Position numbers and translations under genes: made by a program
Notes under the pieces: generated by a model
The model's database searches: none
The model's input: only the letters and a program-made list of their open reading frames with translations
Told to the model about the DNA's origin: nothing
Source: a virus
Lineage: Duplodnaviria > Heunggongvirae > Uroviricota > Caudoviricetes
Direction: 5' to 3' (one strand)
DNA length: 48,925 nucleotides
IMG/VR virus record: IMGVR_UViG_3300045988_151382
Shown: one piece after another, positions 28,193-37,579 of the stretch
How the letters are laid out: every line of letters begins with the position of its first letter
Position numbering within the stretch: the first letter of the stretch is position 1

Positions 28193-28456
28193 TTATCCTG
28201 CTGTGCTTTCAACTGATGAGGGGAACAAAATCTTTTCATCAAACCCTGCATTCATATCATGGACAGCAACACACCAATCCATTGACGAACGATTATCAAG
28301 AGCCTCCATGATTTCATCCATGCGGCGCAGGTCATACAGGTAAATGCTTTTATCGCCAATGGTGTAAAAACCAATTTTTTTCGGTGATGGGCAGCGATCA
28401 AGAACGTCCTGTAATTCGTTCAACCATGCCCGTTCTTTTTTTGTTAAAGTTGCCAT
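28193..28456 (-). CDS. Small protein, member of 3-paralog family
   Basis: Starts MATLTKKERAWLNELQD at internal Met. Confidence 0.4.
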   Translation of the reverse strand: MATLTKKERAWLNELQDVLDRCPSPKKIGFYTIGDKSIYLYDLRRMDEIMEALDNRSSMDWCVAVHDMNAGFDEKILFPSSVESTAG

Positions 28457-28457
28457 A

Positions 28458-28952
28458 TCACTCTCCTTTGATGCGAATGCCAGCGGCGCGTGGCACATTA
28501 ACTTCCACGATGCGCACTGTTGGTTTGTACATCTCAATCTCTGTCAGCCAGTCAGCTCCTGTCATGCGCTTTTCCGCATCGCCATTAGTCCACTGAACCG
28601 GTACACCAATAGCCTTCATCGCGATTTCTATTTCCCCGGCAATGGCGCTTTTTCCGCAACCAGTAAAACCAGAAACAACGACAAGAACTTCACCTTTGGC
28701 TGGTTTTATTTCCCGTGCTTCCAGTTCTGCAATGCGCTTTTTGTCTGCTTCCCGTTCATCCAGTAGTGCCAGCACGGTTTCTGGTCCGGCCAGAAATTTG
28801 AAGGCGTTGAGCGCATCAATATCCACACCGTAATCTTTAAGTTCCTGTTCACTTAACAAATCATCATCAGCTGGCAACATTAACAGGCGTTCCATTGCTG
28901 GAATTGCACGTTCCGCCGCCTCACGCAGTGCCTGGTAATTAATTTCGCTCAT
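28458..28952 (-). CDS. Ea22-like lambdoid accessory protein
   Basis: N-terminal MSEINYQALREAAE motif recalled from lambdoid Ea22-like family; shares terminal blocks with the next two genes. Confidence 0.45.
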   Translation of the reverse strand: MSEINYQALREAAERAIPAMERLLMLPADDDLLSEQELKDYGVDIDALNAFKFLAGPETVLALLDEREADKKRIAELEAREIKPAKGEVLVVVSGFTGCGKSAIAGEIEIAMKAIGVPVQWTNGDAEKRMTGADWLTEIEMYKPTVRIVEVNVPRAAGIRIKGE

Positions 28953-29590
28953 TGGTTGCCTCCTTTGCGAAGCTGGGCAGCGAACCTATCAGCTGCATCC
29001 GCGCAAGCAGAAGCAACGGAATCAAAAAATGGATCATCTCCTGTATCGCGCATCGTCAAAGCGAATGCCTCCACCCCTTGTGCCTGTATTTCTACAAGGG
29101 ATGCCTTAGATGTACTGCTTTTCGCCTCGCCTAATTCGTTATGAGCGATGTTCGCTATACATGCGATGTCTATATCTGGATGATTAATTGGGCAATGGCT
29201 AAGAATTGCCTCAAGTGCTGCTTTTTTGCTTTGGCATTCCGCCACCAGCGCCCCGCAATTGCTTTCATATTCGGCAATACGCTGTTTAGCAGCCTCCAGC
29301 TCAACACGCAGCTTCTCAAGCGTTAGAGCCATCTCCATGTTCTCGTCCAGCAGTTCAATCACATCAGGATCGCTATCATCAACTACTGTTATGCGCGATT
29401 TTTTGTAATGCTCGTCAGCATAAGTTCGTCCAGTTTTGAAGCATCCGTCGTCCTCCATGCCGGAACAGGCATAAACGACATGTGATCCAGATATGCGCTG
29501 CATTGACATTTCCTCGCCACAAACAGAGCATTTAGGCGCTGGTTTCGGTGAAAAACGTTCACGTAACGTATGATAGTAAAGCTCGCTCAC
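28949..29590 (-). CDS. Ea22-like protein with Cys-rich zinc-ribbon-like segment
   Basis: 213 aa; CSVCGEE...YACSG..GC cysteines; C-terminal AAQLRKGGNQ shared with 29587..30396. Confidence 0.4.
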   Translation of the reverse strand: MSELYYHTLRERFSPKPAPKCSVCGEEMSMQRISGSHVVYACSGMEDDGCFKTGRTYADEHYKKSRITVVDDSDPDVIELLDENMEMALTLEKLRVELEAAKQRIAEYESNCGALVAECQSKKAALEAILSHCPINHPDIDIACIANIAHNELGEAKSSTSKASLVEIQAQGVEAFALTMRDTGDDPFFDSVASACADAADRFAAQLRKGGNQ

Positions 29591-30396
29591 TGGCTGCCTC
29601 CTTTGCGAAGCTGTTCAGCGATATCTTCGAGAACGCCATCAGAGAATGAGCGGTCAAAATCGCCTTCCGGCGCATTAGCCATAAACTCAGTAGAGGTAAG
29701 AATCATCCGGGCAATATCCGCGGCGTTCTTCGCAGTATCATCAATAAAACCAGCTTCCCAGGCAGCCAGCATTCTGTTCGCCACAAAGTAAGCTCCCTCC
29801 TTGCGTGCTTCAGTCTTCACTTCATCCAGGAAAGCATCGGTGGCTGGGGTTTCGACATTAGGTCGAAGCTCATAATCACAAACTCTTTCAATCCATGGTG
29901 ATACTCTGTCGCATTTCCTCTTCTTGCGTTCACCGACCTTGGTTGCCTGCTGAATAATTACCCCCCAGCAAATGCTTTCGACCTCTTCGCTCCATCCATC
30001 GCAAGCATCGCCTCTATAGTCGTCAATTGCAGCCTCAGCAGCAGCGATAGCCTCCTCAGCAGTTTTGTGACACTCGAAACTAAATTCAGAGCCATATGAG
30101 AAATACATAGCCCCGGCCTTAAGCCCCGCATTCTCCGCCACCAGCGCCGCGAGATTAGTCTCAAGCTCTGCAATTCGACACATAGCATCAATATTTGTGT
30201 CCTCCAGCCGCTTAATTTCATCCAGAAGCGCCAGCACAATATGTGGCGTTATCAAGGACTCAAATTCGGCAACAGCTTGCTCGCCTCGCTTGTAATTCTT
30301 AATCCCACCTAAATTTTTCGCGTTCTGTGCCGCCTCACGCAGTGCCTGGTAATTAATTTCGCTCACTGGTTGCCTCCTGAATACGCTTAAACTCAA
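29587..30396 (-). CDS. Ea22-like protein
   Basis: 269 aa; contains SEINYQALREAAQ and C-terminal EQLRKGGSQ. Confidence 0.45.
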   Translation of the reverse strand: MSLSVFRRQPVSEINYQALREAAQNAKNLGGIKNYKRGEQAVAEFESLITPHIVLALLDEIKRLEDTNIDAMCRIAELETNLAALVAENAGLKAGAMYFSYGSEFSFECHKTAEEAIAAAEAAIDDYRGDACDGWSEEVESICWGVIIQQATKVGERKKRKCDRVSPWIERVCDYELRPNVETPATDAFLDEVKTEARKEGAYFVANRMLAAWEAGFIDDTAKNAADIARMILTSTEFMANAPEGDFDRSFSDGVLEDIAEQLRKGGSQ

Positions 30397-30979
30397 TTAC
30401 CCATACCCACGGGTTAGATAGCCAGTTCTCTTGCCCGTAAATACCGCGCCAGATATCACCAAAGCCAACGCGATAAACCGCTTCCGGCGGTGTAATCTTG
30501 TACGTCGCCGGAGATGCACCTTCCGCTTTAGCATCTGCCTCGCTCATGTCATGTAGCCGTTCCACACGCACGTCGGTTATTTCCAACAGAATACGGCTGG
30601 CCCAACGTGGCATGTGAATTGATGGGGTCCAACCCTCAGCTGGCTTGCTACTATCTGAGTAATCAGCCTTGTAATCACACAGTTCAGAAGCCAGAGAGAC
30701 ACCATCTTTGATTTCCTGAATGACATCGTTATCCAGCCAAAAAGCGTTGAATGTTTCACGTACCCATATGCGATCACCAACGTTACCGAACGGGCATAAA
30801 CCATGTTCAGGTGCATCCATAACGTGGGTATAGACACCATTGCGTTTCTTTGTCGGTTTACGGATAACCAGGCAGTTATCGGCCCTGACATTTTTTACAG
30901 GTCGGCGAGTCTGCGTCTTCCTTCCTTCGAGGATGGCCCTAACCATATCGTCATTAAAAACAACACCACGTTCTTTCAT
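30353..30979 (-). CDS. Conserved prophage protein (possible ASCH/PUA-like fold)
   Basis: 208 aa; N-terminal DDMVRAILEGRKTQTRR motif recalled from prophage hypothetical proteins; assignment uncertain. Confidence 0.3.
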   Translation of the reverse strand: MKERGVVFNDDMVRAILEGRKTQTRRPVKNVRADNCLVIRKPTKKRNGVYTHVMDAPEHGLCPFGNVGDRIWVRETFNAFWLDNDVIQEIKDGVSLASELCDYKADYSDSSKPAEGWTPSIHMPRWASRILLEITDVRVERLHDMSEADAKAEGASPATYKITPPEAVYRVGFGDIWRGIYGQENWLSNPWVWVIEFKRIQEATSERN

Positions 30980-31230
30980 TTAGAAGCCACCTTGTTCAAT
31001 TTCCGGCGACAAGACACGCAATCATCAGGACTCTCAAAAGTGTCTGGCTCACGGTAATCACCAAAATACATCCAACGGCCGCAAATGCTGGTTACTTCAC
31101 CTTCATTAAAATAATGATGTTTATTCGCCTTCATTGGCCTGACCCATCCGGCATTTTTCTTGCTCACTTCAACTCCTCCCGACGACGTTCCTGAAGCTCT
31201 AGCATTGCGGCTCGGAAATCCTGCCACCAT
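30976..31230 (-). CDS. Small cysteine-containing protein
   Basis: 84 aa ORF, probable internal start MKANKHH; cysteines in CGRW and CVSCRR. Confidence 0.3.
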   Translation of the reverse strand: MVAGFPSRNARASGTSSGGVEVSKKNAGWVRPMKANKHHYFNEGEVTSICGRWMYFGDYREPDTFESPDDCVSCRRKLNKVASK

Positions 31231-31529
31231 TCCTCATCTGCAACGGGGGTGTTCCGCTCCAGCACCTTGTCCGCATCGGCGATCAGGTTTGACAGACTCT
31301 TGTCTGAAATCTTCGTTACCGGAGTCGTTGGTTGCTCAACCTGCCCGATAGGTTTTATCGTGCTCAAAAGGAGGCGACGGCGGGAAAGTGGTGCCCCACA
31401 ACGACGGCCATCTTCCTTGCGATATGTTTCTTTCGGACCAACACACCAGGTTGTCGGCGTTTCGCGCAACTTCACTCTTTTCTCACCATCATTGGTAATG
31501 ATTATTCCGGTATGGGTTTTGATGCTCAT
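31164..31529 (-). CDS. Hypothetical protein
   Basis: 121 aa ORF overlapping neighbours by 4 nt. Confidence 0.35.
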   Translation of the reverse strand: MSIKTHTGIIITNDGEKRVKLRETPTTWCVGPKETYRKEDGRRCGAPLSRRRLLLSTIKPIGQVEQPTTPVTKISDKSLSNLIADADKVLERNTPVADEEWWQDFRAAMLELQERRREELK

Positions 31530-31828
31530 GCCACAGCCCCTCTCAACGGCTTAACTTTGGCTAATAAGGTGTTAAACAACATGGAGTTAGGATTCATGCC
31601 AAATGGCAATTCCGGTTTAGCGGAGTAGTACAGGCAACCATTTATTTTCCTGGTTGTTATCTGTCCTTCGGCAACCATGCTTCTCAGTCTGCAACGCATA
31701 GAGTTCTGCGACACACCAATGTGTTCCGCGATTACGTCCACTTTTGAACATGGGTGATCGGTCAGGAAATTAATCACATCTTGGGGGTTAATAATTTTGC
31801 GTTTCATTGTCGAGGCCTCCTTATACAT
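31526..31828 (-). CDS. Putative DNA-binding protein (winged-helix-like)
   Basis: 100 aa; segment VIAEHIGVSQNSMRCRLRSMVAEGQI resembles an HTH; preceded by AT-rich motif and AAGGAGG SD. Confidence 0.4.
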   Translation of the reverse strand: MYKEASTMKRKIINPQDVINFLTDHPCSKVDVIAEHIGVSQNSMRCRLRSMVAEGQITTRKINGCLYYSAKPELPFGMNPNSMLFNTLLAKVKPLRGAVA

Positions 31829-31884
31829 TTATATAAATATATAATTCTATATACAGCGGGAGACATCCCGCCGTAGACTTACTG

Positions 31885-32943
31885 TCAGGCTTTCAATAGC
31901 GATTCTTTCAGATATCGGGCATCAGCCAGGGCGTTTGGAGTAATCTTGCGAACCCATGCATTACGGGTTGGACTCCACTTAAAGGCGCGTGATTTAAGCA
32001 GCGAACGAATGTTTGCCTCTGGTTTGCCAGGGAAATAAAACAGGATACGGTTATCCTCTGGATCTATCTCCATAGAAAAGCCGTCGTATTCTTCGCGCTG
32101 TGCTCCTGTTACAGACTTGACCGATTCAAGCTCCTTAATACGGCTCTGTAGTCGTTTGATTTCGGCATTATTGTTACTCAGTGAGTATGAAGGGAAGCCA
32201 ATGTGCCCACAGAAATCTCCGGCGAGTAACCCTTTGGCTTCGCTTTCAGTAAACTCAAGGTCAATTAATGCGGAAAGCTGCTGTAATTGGTCTTTTTTGT
32301 ATTTGCGAATAGCCTTATTTGCGGCCTTCATTTTGATGTGTGACTTCATGCAGCCTTGCAGCTTACGAAGCAACTTAAATAGCGCATCAGGATCATCAGA
32401 CGAAACTCCATTACGGCCGACACCTGCGGCTTTGCTTTCGTAGTACGATGCTCTGCTTTCACACTCAACAAACGATTTTCTGAATAACGCATCAGCTTTA
32501 GACAAACGGCGGCGATGGCCTTTCGCGCTATAATGGTCAACTAAAATCGGCTGGCCTAACGGGATCACATCCAACAGTTCATGCGCTCGCTTATGCGCCA
32601 CCGCACCTTCTTTTCTGGCTTTTTCTGCACGAGCAATATATCGGGCAAGACGCGCGTTCTGGCGTTCCTGATAGGTATTTACGTAATCATCTCCGCGCTG
32701 CTGCTGTTCAAGCCATGCTTTGCGCAGCTTTTCTGTTACGTCTACCAACTCTGCAGGGATACAACCTGTTTGGGATTCATAAGAGTGACCATCCTCATAA
32801 AGACGTCCATCGTCTTCAACAACGAAAAAGGTTTCGTGCTCATCGCTTTTGACCATACGGCCATTAACATGACGTAATCTATAGCCAGTATCAGTGCTCA
32901 ACAGGCTGTTAGGGTTGTTGATCCAGTCAGAAATAATTACTTG
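31885..32943 (-). CDS. DUF3560-like protein
   Basis: Start at internal ATG 32943 (MNKQVIISD) directly after leader cassette; motifs PLGQPILVDH, SSDDPDAL, MKAANKAIRK, GFPSYSLSN recalled from DUF3560. Confidence 0.5.
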   Translation of the reverse strand, partial: QVIISDWINNPNSLLSTDTGYRLRHVNGRMVKSDEHETFFVVEDDGRLYEDGHSYESQTGCIPAELVDVTEKLRKAWLEQQQRGDDYVNTYQERQNARLARYIARAEKARKEGAVAHKRAHELLDVIPLGQPILVDHYSAKGHRRRLSKADALFRKSFVECESRASYYESKAAGVGRNGVSSDDPDALFKLLRKLQGCMKSHIKMKAANKAIRKYKKDQLQQLSALIDLEFTESEAKGLLAGDFCGHIGFPSYSLSNNNAEIKRLQSRIKELESVKSVTGAQREEYDGFSMEIDPEDNRILFYFPGKPEANIRSLLKSRAFKWSPTRNAWVRKITPNALADARYLKESLLKA

Positions 32944-33060
32944 TTTATTCATCAGATTTCTCCGGTTTAACCAGGGCGGGTATCGCTCGGTTTTGGGTAT
33001 AACCTTAGGAAATTTTTTCCCACCTGTAAAGCACTTTTTATATAAATCTATAATTATATA
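32944..33060 (-). promoter_or_regulatory. Conserved promoter-plus-leader cassette, copy 2 (immediately downstream of Q-like gene)
   Basis: Same architecture and about 90 percent identity to copies at 24442..24553 and 41984..42096. Confidence 0.55.
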
Positions 33061-33122
33061 TTTATAGATTTTCCGATATTCCCGGTGCCTACAAATCACC
33101 AAAACAGCTCAAAATGACACTT

Positions 33123-33500
33123 TCATTCTCTTCTCTTTTTCAAGTAGTCGACAACATACGCCCTGGCTTTTGCCAGCTTCCGGCGATACTGTCTGAGACT
33201 AAGAGAAAGGGCGTGGGCTTTATCAATATGCGGTGCATTTATGTCGAGGCCCCGAATCTCCCACGCCCCGTATTCAATTCGGACAACCAGCGCCGCAGTC
33301 TCATCAACTACCGTGAGGGCCGTCACCGCTCCCTCGATACTGGTTTCCAGTGAGTCATTTGGTGCGCCGCCCCCTCCGGTAAACTGGCAACGCGTAACCA
33401 TCATCATTTCTAACATCGACGCGAAACCGCTACGGGCGTTGCAGCCATTGCGCACCCACAGCGCCCATAGCTCAAACAAGCTATCCAGATCGCGTCTCAC
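33123..33500 (-). CDS. Putative antitermination protein Q (82/QuuD-like family)
   Basis: 125 aa; N-terminal RRDLDSLFELWALW resembles the RD..LE.WGAW start recalled for 82-type Q; lies directly upstream of a promoter cassette. Confidence 0.4.
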   Translation of the reverse strand: MRRDLDSLFELWALWVRNGCNARSGFASMLEMMMVTRCQFTGGGGAPNDSLETSIEGAVTALTVVDETAALVVRIEYGAWEIRGLDINAPHIDKAHALSLSLRQYRRKLAKARAYVVDYLKKRRE

Positions 33501-33503
33501 TGT

Positions 33504-33836
33504 TCAGATCTCCCGTATCGTGACGGGATAAAGCGCCTCTACCTGCTTTTTCTTCATGATGTAGACGTCTGTTCGCACACCTTTAGTGTCGACACAACCA
33601 ATAGTCCCATCGTCATAAAACACCATGAAATCAAGTTTATAAACGACACCACCTGGCAGATGAAAAGGCACCTGCATAAGAAACGTCACAACGCGGCCAG
33701 CTTTTCTCAGTAGCTTCAGTTCGCAGTAGTAATCAGCCTCTTTTTTGCTATCAAAAGCGATATCATCGACAACCGTTTTTTTATTGCCATATTTGCTTTT
33801 TCTGGTCGCTGGTTTGCGAAAGCCGGTATATCTCAT
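33504..33836 (-). CDS. DUF1064-like phage protein
   Basis: 110 aa; KYGNKKT...FDS..EA motif recalled from DUF1064. Confidence 0.35.
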   Translation of the reverse strand: MRYTGFRKPATRKSKYGNKKTVVDDIAFDSKKEADYYCELKLLRKAGRVVTFLMQVPFHLPGGVVYKLDFMVFYDDGTIGCVDTKGVRTDVYIMKKKQVEALYPVTIREI

Positions 33837-34237
33837 TTGGTATCCCCTGGTACTTCACCAAGACTAAGATCAAACCCAATTTCGTCTTTAACTGACTGCG
33901 GCAACAGCTCCCACGTCTGCGCACACAAAAATTCATCGGAGCCATAACGCTCAACAAAGCGAGCACAATTACTCAGGGGAGGGTGACGAACGGCAATATG
34001 CGGAGGCACACGCCCACCACTAGGCACAACACCGCGATGATGTGGTGCGCACAACCCAAAGCTATGGAAGTGGCAATTCTCATCAACGCTGCCGTAATCA
34101 GGATCGTGATGCAGCTCCGTCCACAGCTCTGGATTATCAATTTCACGGCCATCAATAATGCAAGCTATGCAACCCACGTGAGTGAGCACCGCTTGTATAT
34201 AAAGTTTCTCTTTCTTCGTTGGTGTACGTCCGTTCAT
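33833..34237 (-). CDS. HNH-type protein resembling P1 Ref
   Basis: 134 aa; GCIACIIDG...HH...CHFHSFGLCAPHH pattern matches the Cys/His arrangement recalled for P1 Ref. Confidence 0.5.
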   Translation of the reverse strand: MNGRTPTKKEKLYIQAVLTHVGCIACIIDGREIDNPELWTELHHDPDYGSVDENCHFHSFGLCAPHHRGVVPSGGRVPPHIAVRHPPLSNCARFVERYGSDEFLCAQTWELLPQSVKDEIGFDLSLGEVPGDTK

Positions 34238-34470
34238 CAGCGCCCCTTACCATTGATAAAGAGGTTGAACTCGTTAATTAACTGGACATACATGCTTCTG
34301 GCCGCGTAGTTCTTTGCCAGCTCTTTACGGGATGAGATCCCGCAAAACTCACGCAGAATCACAGAGGCCTCAGAACTGTTTGAAATGTTCTTCCCTGTTT
34401 TACTGGTCAGAAAGCGCCAGAATTGGGGATTCTGGCAATGCATCGCAGCACCGCGAACATAACCACTCAT
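34237..34470 (-). CDS. Hypothetical protein
   Basis: 77 aa ORF in the early operon. Confidence 0.3.
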   Translation of the reverse strand: MSGYVRGAAMHCQNPQFWRFLTSKTGKNISNSSEASVILREFCGISSRKELAKNYAARSMYVQLINEFNLFINGKGR

Positions 34471-34982
34471 TGATGCCCCCCGTCATTCCTGGTGCTTTTC
34501 ACCGTGCGGCTGCTTAAAAACCTGCCATCACGAGAAACAGACACATCTCGTTTACCCAACCTCATTTCACGGCGGTAACATTCAGAAAATGCCTCGTCCG
34601 GCAGCATATAAATGCGACGCTTCGCCTCCGAATCCAGAAGGGAACGGCTTGGAGTTACATATAAAAACGACTCATCAATAGGGACAAAACCACGAGCAAG
34701 AATTGCTGGCAGAATGCCAGGAAGAACGCAGAAAACAGCTCCACGATGCAGCAACATCTGGTACTCCATGACCTCCGTTATCCCCGTGACGACTGTTACG
34801 GTGTCACGTCTGTTACGGCTGGCAACCAGTCGCTGCACACGTCCAATTTTCTGCTCTACAGATAGACGTTTACTATCGTTATCAATATGATCGATAACAA
34901 ATCCTTTAATCGTTTGATCAAGGTAGTGCACCACCTGCGATTGAATCTGGTGATTATCACCAAAGAAGGCCAGAATCATCAT
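34467..34982 (-). CDS. Hypothetical protein
   Basis: 171 aa ORF in the early operon. Confidence 0.35.
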   Translation of the reverse strand: MMILAFFGDNHQIQSQVVHYLDQTIKGFVIDHIDNDSKRLSVEQKIGRVQRLVASRNRRDTVTVVTGITEVMEYQMLLHRGAVFCVLPGILPAILARGFVPIDESFLYVTPSRSLLDSEAKRRIYMLPDEAFSECYRREMRLGKRDVSVSRDGRFLSSRTVKSTRNDGGHQ

Positions 34983-35473
34983 TCCTCAAGCCTCCCAAGT
35001 GCTGAACGCCGGGCGTTGCTAATCTCCTTATGAATCAGCTCGATATCGCTGGAATCTTTATTCTTAAACTCCAGCACGGCAATCGCATCACGAACCTCTG
35101 AAACGGTTACGTGTGAGTGTTTCCAGCGAGCAATGAATCGCGGACCGCGTAGATTGCAACGCTCCGCAGGTATCCCCAGCTCAGAGAAAACCGCTTTCAG
35201 CCTTGATAAGCAGTTAACAGGGAGATTCCCTTTGATCTTGTTCTGCCGAACCGATGTGCCATCGCTACGCTGGCGCTGACGTTCGGCAAAATCTGCCGCC
35301 CATTGCTGGACATTAATCCGGCCTTCCGAATACGCCACCAGCAGCGTCAGGTTATCCGCACGAGGGAATCTCTCGAAGCGATACCAGGCACCAATCAGTG
35401 ATGACGTAAAGCCAAACTTTCTGGCAACACCAATTTGGCCTCCATTTTCATCAACCCACTCCTGAAAGGTCAT
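34979..35473 (-). CDS. Early regulator, Cro/YdaS-like HTH N-terminal domain
   Basis: 164 aa; divergent from the CI-like repressor across an operator-containing intergenic region. Confidence 0.45.
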   Translation of the reverse strand: MTFQEWVDENGGQIGVARKFGFTSSLIGAWYRFERFPRADNLTLLVAYSEGRINVQQWAADFAERQRQRSDGTSVRQNKIKGNLPVNCLSRLKAVFSELGIPAERCNLRGPRFIARWKHSHVTVSEVRDAIAVLEFKNKDSSDIELIHKEISNARRSALGRLEE

Positions 35474-35489
35474 TTAACTAACTCCAGTT

Positions 35490-35612
35490 AAACCACGATT
35501 TGTGGTATTAAAACCACAAATCGTGAGTTTTTCAATGGAAAAACAAAAAATAACCTTCTATTTGTGGTCTACCTCTCGTCTTGCCGTGTGAAAACCACTA
35601 AATGTGGTAATG
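35490..35612. promoter_or_regulatory. Immunity operator/promoter region with three ACCAC-N5-GTGGT operators plus a half-site
   Basis: ACCACGATTTGTGGT, ACCACAAATCGTGAG and ACCACTAAATGTGGT between divergent repressor and cro-like genes; TATAAAT -10-like element near 35612. Confidence 0.65.
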
Positions 35613-35645
35613 TATAAATAACCCCCCATTCACGATTGATGAGAA

Positions 35646-36308
35646 ATGAAAAGCAACGACGAGAACATCAAGAAAGAAATAGGTCTGCGCATTCAGACTC
35701 TACGGAAACAATCCGGCATGACTGCCGGAGATCTCCAGCAAGTCACTGGAATAGGCTTAAGCACCTTGCAGAACTATGAGGCCGGATTAAGACAACCATC
35801 TATACCTGCCATCAAGAAAATCGCGCACGCCCTGAAAGCATCAGCGCCTTATATCGCGTGCTTAACAGATAACCCGTTCCCACCCCAGAATACTAACGCT
35901 CCTGTTATTCCTGGGCTTGTAGCTATAAAAAATGACATAGCATCGCACGCCGGAGAAAAGCCAGTGCTGGCGATAGAACAGGAGATTCTACGAAGCAAGA
36001 ACATCAACCCATCGTCTCTGTCTGTTCTCCAGAGCAACGATGAGCTAAAGCTAATGTCACCAACAATATCCCCTGGCTCCCAAGTCCTGATTAATACAGA
36101 CGATACAGAGGTTCATGAGGGGATCTATGCCCTTGAAGACAGAAATGGCCTGGTTGTTTTGAGGCACTGTAGAGTCATACCGGGTGACAATGCTGTTATG
36201 CTGTCAACCGAAAGGGATGCTGAAATAAACACTAAGCATCTGAATAACGAGGAATTTAAGCGTTATAAAGTTCTTGGCCGCGTAGTTAGTGTTGTCAACT
36301 GGTTATGA
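35646..36308 (+). CDS. CI-like repressor (HTH_XRE N-terminus, LexA/S24-like C-terminal domain)
   Basis: 220 aa; N-terminal IGLRIQTLRKQSGMTAGDLQQVTGIGLSTLQNYEAG HTH; C-terminal beta-rich domain. Confidence 0.7.
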   Translation: MKSNDENIKKEIGLRIQTLRKQSGMTAGDLQQVTGIGLSTLQNYEAGLRQPSIPAIKKIAHALKASAPYIACLTDNPFPPQNTNAPVIPGLVAIKNDIASHAGEKPVLAIEQEILRSKNINPSSLSVLQSNDELKLMSPTISPGSQVLINTDDTEVHEGIYALEDRNGLVVLRHCRVIPGDNAVMLSTERDAEINTKHLNNEEFKRYKVLGRVVSVVNWL

Positions 36309-36400
36309 TACACAGCACGGCGAAAGCCGTGCATTTCTACGCTCAAAAAAACCACGCTTTGTGGTTTTGACAACATGAAAAAGTATAAAAGAGGCTACGC

Positions 36401-36775
36401 ATGGAATTACATACAGCCAATAAAAACGAAACTCTGATCACTGCTGGAATCGAAATCCAAGCGTTGAACATAGCGATTGAGTGTATGTTATGCCAACTCA
36501 TTGATAATGAGAAAGATATCGACTGGATAGAATCTATCCTTCATCTGGCATCAGAACAAAAAGTCTGCCTCAAAACGGCCTTACAATACGATGTGCCAGC
36601 GATATCGAAGCTGTGCCAGCCATTGATGGCATATAACAGGGCTATTATTTCTGTATGCCTCATGATTCTCGATGAAAACACCCCTCTTAGCGACCGCTCA
36701 GAAGCTGCTCTAACCCTCTCACGTAAACAGCGACAGCTAGCAAATCAACTGATATCAACGATAGCTGACCTCTGA
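36401..36775 (+). CDS. Hypothetical protein co-transcribed with repressor
   Basis: 124 aa ORF downstream of the CI-like gene. Confidence 0.4.
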   Translation: MELHTANKNETLITAGIEIQALNIAIECMLCQLIDNEKDIDWIESILHLASEQKVCLKTALQYDVPAISKLCQPLMAYNRAIISVCLMILDENTPLSDRSEAALTLSRKQRQLANQLISTIADL

Positions 36776-36784
36776 CTGCAAGCG

Positions 36785-36905
36785 GGCTAACGCCCGCTTA
36801 TATGATTATAGATTTATATAATTATATAAAACACTTTTCATCCGCCAAAAAGTTGGTTATGCTTACCTCATTCTATAAATATAGATTTATAGAATTATAT
36901 AATCA
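36785..36905 (+). promoter_or_regulatory. AT-rich repeat block upstream of the partition genes
   Basis: Two copies of the TATAGATTTATA(T/G)AATTATATAA-class motif. Confidence 0.5.
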
Positions 36906-36925
36906 AACACATGGAGTCTCGACAA

Positions 36926-37579
36926 ATGACTATATCTGTAGGTATTTTCAACGGAAAAGGCGGCGTAACCAAATCAACCATTGCTCGTGCTTTAGCAGTT
37001 GCTTATGCAAAGGCTGGCTGGAATGTATGCCTGATCGATATGGATGTGCTTAACGGAACGGTAACGCGTTGGGTACAACGCAGAATGGCCAACAATATCG
37101 AACCTGCAATCGCGGCGCAGCCGTGCGGCACGCCATCACAAGTCCAGAAAATCATCGAATCAGAAGTATACGACCTGGTTATCGTTGATGGCGGTGCCTA
37201 CGCATCTGAATCAGTACCGAAGCTCTCTGAATTTCTGGATATGGTTATTTTGCCAACCAGATTCTCTACCGATGACCTGGAAACCACCGTTAACACAGCT
37301 CACGGCATCGTTAAAAAGGGTGTACCAATCAAGAAAATTTGCATGGTGTTTTCCGGCGCGGCTGAAAACGAAGCTGACTATATTGAAGCCCAAGAGTACC
37401 TGGCTAATACGCCATACTTTGTTGTCGATAAGTACATTCCCCACAAGCCAGCTCTGAGCAAAGCTCAGGATAAAGGCTTAAGCCTCATTGAGTGCTCATA
37501 CGTTGCGCCACGCAAAAAAGCAGACGACGTTATTCAGGGGATTATCAACCAGCTTGAGGCTCTGACTACTGCCGCGTAA
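36926..37579 (+). CDS. ParA-like partition ATPase (short type)
   Basis: Deviant Walker A GKGGVTKST near the N-terminus when started at 36926 (ORF track starts 36911). Confidence 0.7.
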   Translation: MTISVGIFNGKGGVTKSTIARALAVAYAKAGWNVCLIDMDVLNGTVTRWVQRRMANNIEPAIAAQPCGTPSQVQKIIESEVYDLVIVDGGAYASESVPKLSEFLDMVILPTRFSTDDLETTVNTAHGIVKKGVPIKKICMVFSGAAENEADYIEAQEYLANTPYFVVDKYIPHKPALSKAQDKGLSLIECSYVAPRKKADDVIQGIINQLEALTTAA

